From positions 23,677 to 87,676 of the forward strand of contig JAYENL010000038.1 of NCBI GenBank assembly GCA_034722055.1: a stretch of DNA of 64,000 nucleotides, written 5' to 3'. A program made the position numbers and the translations under genes. The notes under the pieces were generated by a model. That model was not told the DNA's origin. It ran no database searches and saw only the letters and a list, made by a program, of their open reading frames with translations. The stretch's first letter is position 1. Every line of letters starts with the position of its first letter. The DNA comes from Armatimonadota bacterium. Its GTDB lineage: Bacteria; Armatimonadota; Zipacnadia; Zipacnadales; UBA5352. Below are positions 10,743 through 20,010 of the stretch, piece by piece.

Positions 10743-13700
10743 ATGCTCTCACGGAAGGCGTTCGCAGTTGCAGTGAGCGTGCTGGGTGTGTGCCTGCTTG
10801 CGACGATTGCGCACTCGGCTCCGCCCGGCACCGCCCAGCAGTGCCCGGCGGCCGTGGTGCCGATGGTCCTGGGAGGCCCGTCGATAGATGGCGACCTCTC
10901 CGACCCGGTGTGGACGCGCGCCCCCGCGCTGGGGCCGTTCGTCACCATCGCGGGCGCAGAGGCGACGAATGAGACGCAGGCCATGGCGCTCCGCACAGTG
11001 GATGAGCTCTTCGTGGGCTTCCGCTGCGGCTTTGCCGAGGGCTCCGAGTTGCAGGTTGAGGACAGGACTCGCGACGGCGACGTCTACCTCGACGAGAGCA
11101 TCGAGCTGTTCATCGACTCGCACCTGACCATGCGGCGTTACTACCACCTCCTCGTCAACGCGGACAACGTCCAGCGGGACGAGGCGGCGGACAGGTTCGC
11201 GAGCCCCCAATACGATGCCGGCTGGAACGGCCGCTGGCGCTCGGCGGTGTCAGTGGCCGGCGACGGCTGGCAGGCCGAGATTGCCATCCCGCTGGGCGAG
11301 ATCGGGCTGCAGGAGGCCCAGGGCGCGACCATCGGCATCAACTTCTGCCGCAATGACATGACCGTCGGCGAGCACACCTGCTGGTCGCCGACGGGCGCGG
11401 GCTTCCACCAGCCCCCGCGCTTCGGAGTGGCGGTCCTGCCGGCGAGCTTCGGGCGCCCGCGCTTCGACCTCACGCTCCCGTCAGTCAGTGATCCAGGGCT
11501 GGGCGCGAACCAGCAGCCGCTGACTCTGGTCAGCGGCGATCGGCGCGCGCGGGAGCTGCAGGGGCGGGTCGTGACCGTTATCGGCAGGCGCCGAGACGAG
11601 CAGCCGCTTGATCTGCCGGAGCTGCCTGCCGGGGCAACGGTGACCGCGACGGCGAGCTACGAGATCCAGGAGGCCGGCGACGGCGCGGTGGTGCTGCTGG
11701 CTGAGGAGGGCGGTGAGGTGCAGCGGGCAGCCAAGGTGGCGGTCTCGCTGCCACGCGCGCTCTACGAGACAATCGGCTACCGCCTCGCCGATGAGGGGCC
11801 GATGGGGCTGTGGTGGGCGGAGAGCAGCTACAAGATCCATCGCGAGCAACAGCCGCCGTCGGAGGTGCGCGACGCCGTAGAGCTGAGCGCGGCGGGGCGC
11901 GAGTTCGAGGCGGCCCAGATCGTGCTGCGGCCCAGCGAGACCATGGATGTCACGGTTCAGGTCTCGGACTTCCGGAGCGATGAGGCGGCCATCGACGCCG
12001 ACGACTTCCGGGTGCTGGAGGTGGCCTATGTGCCGGTGCACTGGCGGACGGACTCCTTCGGCTTTCCAGGCGACTGGCCGGACCCGCTCCCGCCGCTGGA
12101 GGGGCCGCTGCACTGTGAGGCCGGGCAGAACCAGCCGCTGTGGCTGCTGGCCCACGTCCCGCCGGGCACCCCGGGCGGCGTCTACGAGGGCGAGGTGACG
12201 CTCACAGCCGGCGATGTCTCGCAAAGCGTGCCGGTGCGGCTGCGGGTGTGGGACTTCGGGCTGACCCCTCAGACGCACACCCGCACGGCCTACGGCGTCG
12301 GTCCGCCCTACGGGTTCGTCGGCGCGCAGACGGAAGACGACAGGCGCGAGGTGTTCGACCTCTACATGCAGGTCTGCCGCGACCACCGCATCTCGCCGTA
12401 CCGCCCGTTCAGCTTCCACCCCATGGACATCCAGACGCTGCCGCCCATGCGCCAGCTCACGATGGGGCGGTTCGAACTGGTCCTGCCCGAGGCTGGGCAG
12501 CACCCCTGGCGGATGCTCTGGGACGGGGAGCGGATCGCCACCCAGCGGACGTCCATGACGCACTTCGAGAGGGAGGGCGTGGGCTATCAGGGCACGGGTG
12601 TCTCATGGCCCTACGTGAACAACATCGCATCGGTGACCGAGGTGGAGAGCAGCGAGCACATGCGCGTCTACGAGGTGGTGGCCGAGCACACCGGCTCGGC
12701 GCCGGCCGCGCGCAGCTTCCGGCTGACTTTCCGCCTGTATGTGCCCGCCGGCGACAACTGGTTCGGCTGGCGCCTCGTGCAGATGGAGAGCACCGACGAG
12801 GTCGAGGTCGAAATCCGCAACTACTACAACATTCCGCATACAGACTTCGAGGCGCAGCAGGTCGCCAACGGCGATGGCTTCGCGACATGGTCGGGCGATG
12901 AGGTGGGCTTCGGCATGCTCTGCCTGGATGGCTCCGTCTCGGGGCTGAGCGTCAAGGAGGGCGCATCCGGCGTGACCGTCGCCAACGGGGTGGAGCCCTT
13001 CGGCATCGAGCAGGGCCAGACGCACGAGGGCTGGGGACCGTTCGTGGTCTACTTCGCGACCGGTCAGACCTCACCCGAGGCTATGGCCGAGCGCGCTGAG
13101 TGGCTGCGCGGGCGCATCGACCCCGCCGACCCCACGTCCTATGTTCCCGCCCAGCCGCAGCAGATCGCGGAGGACCGGCGCGAGACGACCGAGTTCAGCC
13201 ATGACTTCGCCCGGTTCGACGAGGGTGCCGAGCGCTACCTGGAGCAGTTCCACTTCAACGCCTTCAACTACTCGGCGATGCCGGGGAGCATAGCGGGCCA
13301 CTCACGCTTCAGTGATGAGTACAAGCGTCTGCACGCAGAGATGTACGGGCCTGCCATCGAGCACCTGCGGGAGAGGGGCTGGCTGCCGCTGGCCTACTCC
13401 TACTGGTTTGACGAGCCGACCGAGGAGGAGTATGAATACGTGGCCGAGGGCATGAGCGTGCTTGGCGAGAACTGCCCCGGCCTCACGCGACTGCTGACCG
13501 AGCAGCCCGAGGAGCCGCTGCACGATGTGGTGGACCTGTGGGTGCCGGTGCTCAGCCGCTTCGACCCGGAGGCGTGCGCTGCGCGGCAGGCCGCTGGCGA
13601 CGAGGTGTGGTGGTACGTCTGCTGTGGGCCCCGCGCGCCCTACCCCAACAACTTCATCGACCACCCGGCCATCAACCACCGCATCCGCTTCTGGATGGCC

Positions 13701-14195
13701 GAGAAGTACGGTGTCGAGGGCTCACTCTACTGGTCCACCACCTACCACGGGTCCATCCCTGAGGGGCTTGAGCAGGCCGCTGCGGGGCCGCGGAATCCGT
13801 GGGAGGAGGCCATGAGCTTCAACAGCCGCGGCGGCCACTGGGGCAACGGTGACGGCTTCCTGCTCTACCCGGCCTGCCGCGCGCCCAGTGACGAGCCGGT
13901 CCTCGAGCCGCCCGTGGTGTCCTTGCGCTTTGAGATGCTCCGCGACGGCCTGGAGGATCGGGAGTACTTCTGGACGCTGCGGGAGGAGGTCGAGCGGCTG
14001 GAGGCGATGCGGCCGGGCGCCGATCGCGCCACGCGCCGGGCCATCGAGGGGGCCCTCCGGCAGGCGCGGCAGGCCCTCGGCGCCCCCAACAGGCTGGCGA
14101 AGACGCTGACCGAGTACACCAAGGACCCCACCGAGCTGCTGGCGGAGCGCCGGGCGCTGGCGGAGGCCATCGAGGAGTGCGCGGCCATCCAGTGA
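10743..14195 (+). CDS. Secreted CBM9-like + DUF4091 (GH123-like) glycoside hydrolase
   Basis: ATG 10743 after GGGAGG; signal peptide. PSIDGDLSDPVW...DESIELFID...WQAEIAIP (CBM9-like); YWFDEP, WWYVC, GDGFLLYP, SLRFEMLRDGLEDREY (DUF4091). Confidence 0.75.
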   Translation: MLSRKAFAVAVSVLGVCLLATIAHSAPPGTAQQCPAAVVPMVLGGPSIDGDLSDPVWTRAPALGPFVTIAGAEATNETQAMALRTVDELFVGFRCGFAEGSELQVEDRTRDGDVYLDESIELFIDSHLTMRRYYHLLVNADNVQRDEAADRFASPQYDAGWNGRWRSAVSVAGDGWQAEIAIPLGEIGLQEAQGATIGINFCRNDMTVGEHTCWSPTGAGFHQPPRFGVAVLPASFGRPRFDLTLPSVSDPGLGANQQPLTLVSGDRRARELQGRVVTVIGRRRDEQPLDLPELPAGATVTATASYEIQEAGDGAVVLLAEEGGEVQRAAKVAVSLPRALYETIGYRLADEGPMGLWWAESSYKIHREQQPPSEVRDAVELSAAGREFEAAQIVLRPSETMDVTVQVSDFRSDEAAIDADDFRVLEVAYVPVHWRTDSFGFPGDWPDPLPPLEGPLHCEAGQNQPLWLLAHVPPGTPGGVYEGEVTLTAGDVSQSVPVRLRVWDFGLTPQTHTRTAYGVGPPYGFVGAQTEDDRREVFDLYMQVCRDHRISPYRPFSFHPMDIQTLPPMRQLTMGRFELVLPEAGQHPWRMLWDGERIATQRTSMTHFEREGVGYQGTGVSWPYVNNIASVTEVESSEHMRVYEVVAEHTGSAPAARSFRLTFRLYVPAGDNWFGWRLVQMESTDEVEVEIRNYYNIPHTDFEAQQVANGDGFATWSGDEVGFGMLCLDGSVSGLSVKEGASGVTVANGVEPFGIEQGQTHEGWGPFVVYFATGQTSPEAMAERAEWLRGRIDPADPTSYVPAQPQQIAEDRRETTEFSHDFARFDEGAERYLEQFHFNAFNYSAMPGSIAGHSRFSDEYKRLHAEMYGPAIEHLRERGWLPLAYSYWFDEPTEEEYEYVAEGMSVLGENCPGLTRLLTEQPEEPLHDVVDLWVPVLSRFDPEACAARQAAGDEVWWYVCCGPRAPYPNNFIDHPAINHRIRFWMAEKYGVEGSLYWSTTYHGSIPEGLEQAAAGPRNPWEEAMSFNSRGGHWGNGDGFLLYPACRAPSDEPVLEPPVVSLRFEMLRDGLEDREYFWTLREEVERLEAMRPGADRATRRAIEGALRQARQALGAPNRLAKTLTEYTKDPTELLAERRALAEAIEECAAIQ

Positions 14196-14215
14196 CGCGC
14201 GCGCCTTGAGCGCGA

Positions 14216-17200
14216 TCATTCGCCGACGGTCAGCTCCGCGGAGCCCGCGACACCGGTCGCCACGTCGGTGGCACGGATGGTCCAGGTGCCGGGCGCATCG
14301 TCGAGCGCCAGGCGGAGCTCCGTGGAGGCGATCCCGCGCGGGGCGGTGAGCTGCTGCCCGTAGTGCTCCAGCACCTGGCCCGCCGGGTCCGTGACCTCGA
14401 CCCTGAAGACGTGCAGGCTGGCTTCGTCGGGGCCGTCCACTGACACCAGCGCCTGGACGGTATCGCCGGGAGCGACCTCGGCGTCGCGGAGGCGGACCCT
14501 CAGGCCCTCCACGCGGTAGGGCAGCAGCGAGTAGATGCGGCACTGCCCGGGCTCGAAGACCTGCTCCACCGTCTGCCCGGCCCCCAGGTAGCTGCCGGTC
14601 CGAGCCTCGTAGACGTGCGGACCTCCCTGGAACGTCAGACGCACCTCCGACCGGCCCTTGGCGGCGTCCCGCAGTACGCCAACGAACTGGGCGCCTCCAG
14701 CCCGGAAGCGCGCGATGTACAGGTGGTGGTCACCGGTCACCTCGAAGTCGATGGCCGGCCGCACGCCCGCCAGCCTTAGCGTCTCCGCCACCAGCTCCCG
14801 CACAGGCTCGCCCACGCCCACCTCGCGGCGGCGCCGGTAGCTGTCGAGGAAGAGGTTGAGCAGCACCGCGCGCCCCTCGCCCACGTCGTTGACGATCAGC
14901 GCCGGCTGCCCCGCCACCTCACCCAGGGCCCGCGCGGTGGTCAGCGACAGCCCCGTGTCGCCGCCGAGGGTCTCGAAGCTGAGGGAGGTGGGGTCGCACT
15001 CGCCCATGGTCTCAGTGAAGCTGGCCATGCCTTCGGGCCGGCGCGCCATCGGGTCAATGTCCTCGCGCCGCACGCCGAACAGCTCATCGAGCGCGCCGAC
15101 CGCACGCGGCGTGCAGTGCTCGTCCATCAGGCCGATGCGCGCATCGGCCAGCAGCGTGCCCCCGGAACGAACGTAGCTCTCGATCTCCGCCACCTCGCCA
15201 TCCGAGAGCGCTACGGAGTAGGGCAGCAGGAACGCCGCGGGCATCAGCTCCGTCAGCTCCCCGTCCTCGAGCTGCTGGTAGGAGAGGAAGCGCACCTGCA
15301 TGCCGGAGTCCTCGATAGCCTGCACCCATCCGCCTCGGTTGTCGCTGAACAGCGCCTGGCCGCCGGTGATCCAGGCTCCGTGGATGCTCGGGTGCGAGTA
15401 GTGAACGAGGACATCGGCCTGCCGCTCGCAGCCGTCCAGCAGGCGCGCCAGGCCCCCTTGGATGTCATCCAGGTGGCGCAGGGCGTCTGAGGTGCTCTGC
15501 GTCCACGTGTAGTCGGGCCAGAACACGTAGGTGCTGGTGAAGAAGCTGCCGCCGTCGCTGGCGTTGAGCAGCCGGCGCCAGAGGCGGTGGGAGAGGCCGG
15601 GGTCGGTCGCTGCATAGCCCCACCACGGCGCTGTGAGCAGGTCATGGAAGGAGCGCTGCATCTCCCCGGTGTTCTTGTGGTCGTATGTCTGGCCGAAGTC
15701 GAGGGCGTCGGTGAGCCGCCACCAGTCGTAGCCGCCGTAGGCCTCAGCCGCCTGGGTGCCGGACATCCCCACCCGCGCGCCGGGATCGTGGGCCTCCAGC
15801 TCACCGTCAACGAAGTCCAGGAACCACGCCATGGTGAACTCCATGAAGGTCCGGTGATCGGCCCAGGGGGCGTAGTTGCCGCGCTCGCGCACCTCCTCGG
15901 CGGTCATGGGCATGACCTCGTCCCACGCCGCGAAGTCGGTCTCCCACTGGTCGTTCAGCGCCGCCAGCGAGGGGTACCGCTCCTGCAGCCACGCCCTGAA
16001 GTGCTCCAGCGCCACAGGGCTGAAGTCGTAGTCGAAGGGCGTGACGTAGTGGGTGATCGACAGCTCATCGCCGCAGGAGTAGCCCACCGGTCGGTAGCGC
16101 GCCACCGCCTCAGTGACCTCCGCGATCTTCTCCGACACGAGCTGCCGGGTGTTCTCGGCCTGCAGCGTGTAGGGGCGCTGCAGGTACTGCTTCTCGCCCG
16201 TCTTCGTGTAGAGCTCGCGCTGCTCGTCGAAGGTCAGCATGTCCTCGCCACGCACGGAGTTCATGTGCAGGACCGGGCCGATGATGCCCAGCGGGATGGC
16301 GCGAAAGCCATGCTCGAAGGTGTTCCGCTGCTCGCCATCGTGGAGCCAGTTCGAGGAGGTGGTGACGGCCTCGATCCCCAGGCGCTTGACTCGCTGGGAG
16401 GCCCAGTCGGCCAGATACTCCCGGGAGTATGCCCCGGCCGGACCACCCCACATCGCCGCCAGCCACGGCTCCCAGGTGCGCTCGTCCCAGGCCGGCGGCA
16501 TGGTCAGGACAGTGCGCTCCTCGGCATCGAGCAGCCTATCGCCGTCGCGGACTTCCACCCGCAGCGTCGCGGTGGTGGCCAGCGGCTCAGGCAGCTCGAT
16601 GGAGACCGACGCCTCGCCGGACGATCCCGCCTCCTGGGTCTCCCTCGCCACCAGCCGGTCGTAGCCGTCGCGCAGCAGCGCAACGAGCTGGACTTCCGCC
16701 GGCGCGGGCTCGACCGGCTCCAGCGTCACCTGCGCCTGGACGGCATCGCCCTCCCGGTAGATGCGATCCTCCACCTCCAGCGCGGTGACCTCCACGCGGG
16801 GCGTGACGCGCACCGTGGCCGTGCCCCAGTCGAGCACGGCCCCCTGCTCGTCGCGGAGGATGAGATCGACCAGGTGCAGCCCGCCAGCCATGTCCTCCGC
16901 AAGCGGGATGGCGTTGTCGCCCTCGGTGAGGCTGACCTGCGCCGTATGCTCCACGCTGCCGAACTCGTCCACGATGCGGACCTGTGCCCGGACCGCGTCG
17001 GCGGCGCCCTGGAGTGTAACGTGAAGCGCGGGCGCCTCGCCGCCCTGCAGGGGCGTACCCGGCTCCACTGACAGCGACGCGATGCGACCCTCAGGCTCGC
17101 GGCCGGCAGCCCACAGTGTGCACTTTGCCAGCAGGCTGTGGTAGTACTCCCAGTAATCGAACCTGGTAGGCGCGAACTGAATCCAGGGCGTGAGGCCGTT

Positions 17201-19084
17201 GGAGTAGCTGCCCGGCCCTTGCCAGGAGGTGCAGTAGCCCAGGCCGACGATGCGACCGTCGCCGTAGTTCTTCACCGCCAGCAGCGGATACCTGTCAGCG
17301 CGCGCAAGGACCTGGCCATCGTCCGTGTAGCGGGTGGTATCCGTAGGGGGCAGGGCCTCCCACGGGATGCCGACCGTCAGGTAGTGCTGCCGCTCGGCGC
17401 GCCAGGGGAACTCCGGGCGCGATCCGCCCTCGATGCCCCCGAAGGGCAGGGCCTCCCACAGCTTTTCGGAGCAGTCGTTGGGATTGGCCCACACCAGCCC
17501 GGCGCCATCCTCCACCTGCCCGAGGATGGCGTCGATGATGTCCTCGGGGAACAGCTCAGCGGAGAGCCCGCCGATGAGGATGGCCTCGTACCGGTTCTCC
17601 TCCAGCAGCTCGCGAATGTTGTCGAGGGACCACTCCAGGTTGACGGCCTTGCCGAACATGCCTGTGGTGGCGCTCATGGCGTAGGGCGTGGTGATGGTCG
17701 GCGCGTCGTAGTCCATCTCCAGGCGCTGGGCCAGCTCCACGGTCTCCCTGCCCACCAGCAGGTCGTTGATGATCAGCGCGCGCACCGGCCCGCCGGCCAG
17801 CGGCTTCGCCCACCTCACGTGCGGCGTGACCACGTCCTCGGATGGTGGCCGGTCCTCAGGGCCCGTGCCCCGGGCCGCGAGCTTGTCCTCGAAGCGCTCG
17901 CCGACCCGCCCTACGCGCTCCTCGACCGGCTCCAGCGCAATCTGTCCGCTGCGCTCGCCTACCACCAGCTCGTGGCTGAAGTCCGTGAGGCGCTCCCCGT
18001 TCGCTCGCACCTCGCCGCGCAGCACCCACGTGCCGGCCTGCGGCAGCTCCACCGACAGCTCATGTTCGTGGGTCTGTCCAGGCTTCAGCTCCGCACTCCA
18101 GGTCGCAACGTCCTCAGCCTCGCCATCCGGAAGCCGCCGGCCGCTGAGGGTCACGCGGGCGCTGAGCTGGCGCGGGGAGGAGAGCTGCACGGTGAGCGGA
18201 ACCGCGCCCGGCGCGTCGATGGAGTCCGGGGCGTCGCCGAGGCCCACCACCACCTCCCGGGCGGCGCCCGCCACCCGGCCCATCTCGGCGAAGGGCAGCA
18301 GCCAGGCCGTGGTCTCCATGGCCGAGCCGTTGGGGATCTCCCGCGAGCGGAAGGCCCACTCCAGGCTCGCCACGTCCCCGCCCATCCAGTTGTAGAAGAG
18401 CATCAGCGGGGGGAACTCGGTGATCGCCGCCACGCCCACGCCGCTCTCAGCCGCCACCGCCGACCAGCCGCGCGCCGGGTCGTACCACCAGTACTCGCCA
18501 CCGCCGCCCGCCCCGTAGCTGGCGGTTTTAACGCCCTCGGTGGTCGGGACGTAGTAGGTGTTCTGCTCCTGGGGCACGCCCAGACGGCTGTGCCACCACA
18601 GGCCGACTCGCAGCGGCTGCATCGCCGCCTGGCCGACGCCGAAGCGGTAGTCGGCGCGGACGGCGCTGGAGCCGGCCTCGATGCTGATGGTCTTCTCGAA
18701 GGTCATGAAGCGCCCCGGGCCCACCGAGCCGGGACCGGTCATGGTGATGGCCGCACGCGCTGGAGTTCGGTCCACAGTGTAGGTGTAGACGGACTCGGTC
18801 CACTGGCGGTAGACGTCCGCGTTGGCGTAGTTCCACAGCCGGTCCACGAACACCCTACCCTCGGTGCGTGAGGTGAGATGCGTCTCGGCGGGCTTGTAGA
18901 ACAGCTCGTCAAGCCGCCCGCCCATCGTCGGCCGGGCGCGCAGCCGAACCAGCTCGTTCTCGAGCACGATGGCCGGCTCGCCCATCACGGTGGTCTCCTC
19001 CACCGTGCATTCGGCGCCAGCCATCTGCAGCGACGCCACCATCAGGACGATCGTGGCTCCCACGCGCACGTGTCTCGTCGTCAT
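14216..19084 (-). CDS. Secreted GH42-like beta-galactosidase-type multidomain protein (mutarotase-like N-terminus, trimerization domain, C-terminal Ig)
   Basis: Signal peptide. GYSCGDELS, FRAWLQERYPSLAALNDQWET, WADHRTF, YVRSGGTLLAD...LDELFGV, DDAPGTWTIRATDVATG. Confidence 0.65.
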   Translation of the reverse strand: MTTRHVRVGATIVLMVASLQMAGAECTVEETTVMGEPAIVLENELVRLRARPTMGGRLDELFYKPAETHLTSRTEGRVFVDRLWNYANADVYRQWTESVYTYTVDRTPARAAITMTGPGSVGPGRFMTFEKTISIEAGSSAVRADYRFGVGQAAMQPLRVGLWWHSRLGVPQEQNTYYVPTTEGVKTASYGAGGGGEYWWYDPARGWSAVAAESGVGVAAITEFPPLMLFYNWMGGDVASLEWAFRSREIPNGSAMETTAWLLPFAEMGRVAGAAREVVVGLGDAPDSIDAPGAVPLTVQLSSPRQLSARVTLSGRRLPDGEAEDVATWSAELKPGQTHEHELSVELPQAGTWVLRGEVRANGERLTDFSHELVVGERSGQIALEPVEERVGRVGERFEDKLAARGTGPEDRPPSEDVVTPHVRWAKPLAGGPVRALIINDLLVGRETVELAQRLEMDYDAPTITTPYAMSATTGMFGKAVNLEWSLDNIRELLEENRYEAILIGGLSAELFPEDIIDAILGQVEDGAGLVWANPNDCSEKLWEALPFGGIEGGSRPEFPWRAERQHYLTVGIPWEALPPTDTTRYTDDGQVLARADRYPLLAVKNYGDGRIVGLGYCTSWQGPGSYSNGLTPWIQFAPTRFDYWEYYHSLLAKCTLWAAGREPEGRIASLSVEPGTPLQGGEAPALHVTLQGAADAVRAQVRIVDEFGSVEHTAQVSLTEGDNAIPLAEDMAGGLHLVDLILRDEQGAVLDWGTATVRVTPRVEVTALEVEDRIYREGDAVQAQVTLEPVEPAPAEVQLVALLRDGYDRLVARETQEAGSSGEASVSIELPEPLATTATLRVEVRDGDRLLDAEERTVLTMPPAWDERTWEPWLAAMWGGPAGAYSREYLADWASQRVKRLGIEAVTTSSNWLHDGEQRNTFEHGFRAIPLGIIGPVLHMNSVRGEDMLTFDEQRELYTKTGEKQYLQRPYTLQAENTRQLVSEKIAEVTEAVARYRPVGYSCGDELSITHYVTPFDYDFSPVALEHFRAWLQERYPSLAALNDQWETDFAAWDEVMPMTAEEVRERGNYAPWADHRTFMEFTMAWFLDFVDGELEAHDPGARVGMSGTQAAEAYGGYDWWRLTDALDFGQTYDHKNTGEMQRSFHDLLTAPWWGYAATDPGLSHRLWRRLLNASDGGSFFTSTYVFWPDYTWTQSTSDALRHLDDIQGGLARLLDGCERQADVLVHYSHPSIHGAWITGGQALFSDNRGGWVQAIEDSGMQVRFLSYQQLEDGELTELMPAAFLLPYSVALSDGEVAEIESYVRSGGTLLADARIGLMDEHCTPRAVGALDELFGVRREDIDPMARRPEGMASFTETMGECDPTSLSFETLGGDTGLSLTTARALGEVAGQPALIVNDVGEGRAVLLNLFLDSYRRRREVGVGEPVRELVAETLRLAGVRPAIDFEVTGDHHLYIARFRAGGAQFVGVLRDAAKGRSEVRLTFQGGPHVYEARTGSYLGAGQTVEQVFEPGQCRIYSLLPYRVEGLRVRLRDAEVAPGDTVQALVSVDGPDEASLHVFRVEVTDPAGQVLEHYGQQLTAPRGIASTELRLALDDAPGTWTIRATDVATGVAGSAELTVGE

Positions 19085-19090
19085 CTCAGC

Positions 19091-19921
19091 TCAATCCTCT
19101 CGCTTGACCGGCAGCACGATGTCAAGATCGATCAGGGAGCGAACGCCGGGGTAGGCCCTGGCCGGGTAGCCGAGCTTCGGCACCCGCATGAAGAAGGCGT
19201 AGTCATCGGGATTCCAGCGCTGAACGGTGACCTGTGCTCCGTCATTGACCCACAGATGCAGCGGCGCCTGACCGCAGTCCACGGTGAAGGTGCGCAGTTC
19301 CCCCCGCAGTTCCGACAGCGAGTGCTCGTCGGGGTCGGCGCTGATGGTCCCGCCCAGGGCGTGGCTGGTGAAGTCCGCCGACCACCGGCAGCCATCGAGC
19401 GGCCTGGCACGCATGGCGATGACCAGGTTCGCGCCACGCAGATGTACCAGCCGCAGCCAGTTGAACTCGTAGCGCAGATGCACGCGGCCGGTGGGATGGA
19501 CGGTGACGGTCTGGGTGAGGCGATAGAGCGGATCGCCCCCCAATATCTCCTCGCGGAGGCAGTTTCGCGAGATCACAACGGTGGCGGACTCGCCACGGAG
19601 GTCGGCGTGGATGCTTTCGGGCGCCGGCCCCAGGCCCCCGCGCGAGGTCTCGCCCTGGACGGCGCGGAGTCCCTCGCCGGTCTGGAAGGATATGGGCGTG
19701 GTGTAAAGTGCGATGAGCCAGATCTGCTCGGTCTCGCCGACCGTCAGCGGGCCGAGTCGCCCCGTGCAATCGACCTGCACGGAGAAGGCGTCCGTGCCCA
19801 GGATGACGCTGTCGGGGCTCTCCTCCAGCACCCGGACAGGCTCGGCTGGCGCCGGCGAAGCGCTGGCGCACAGAAGCACCCCGAGGGCGGTGACTAAGAT
19901 GGCTCGGGACCCGGTATCCAT
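19091..19921 (-). CDS. Secreted hypothetical protein, probable beta-supersandwich
   Basis: Signal peptide ending ASPAPA/E; ends 6 bp before the next gene, suggesting an operon. Confidence 0.55.
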   Translation of the reverse strand: MDTGSRAILVTALGVLLCASASPAPAEPVRVLEESPDSVILGTDAFSVQVDCTGRLGPLTVGETEQIWLIALYTTPISFQTGEGLRAVQGETSRGGLGPAPESIHADLRGESATVVISRNCLREEILGGDPLYRLTQTVTVHPTGRVHLRYEFNWLRLVHLRGANLVIAMRARPLDGCRWSADFTSHALGGTISADPDEHSLSELRGELRTFTVDCGQAPLHLWVNDGAQVTVQRWNPDDYAFFMRVPKLGYPARAYPGVRSLIDLDIVLPVKRED

Positions 19922-19963
19922 GGCCCATCTCGCAGAGGCGCGCTGACGTTGGGGCCCACGCTC

Positions 19964-19992
19964 ATCGTACCGCCGGTAGCCCGCGCCGTCAA
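19964..19992 (-). promoter_or_regulatory. Sigma70-type promoter for the 19921/19084 operon
   Basis: TTGACG (19992-19987), 17-bp spacer, TACGAT (19969-19964) on the minus strand. Confidence 0.65.
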
Positions 19993-20010
19993 GCGCAGGC
20001 TACGGAGCGC

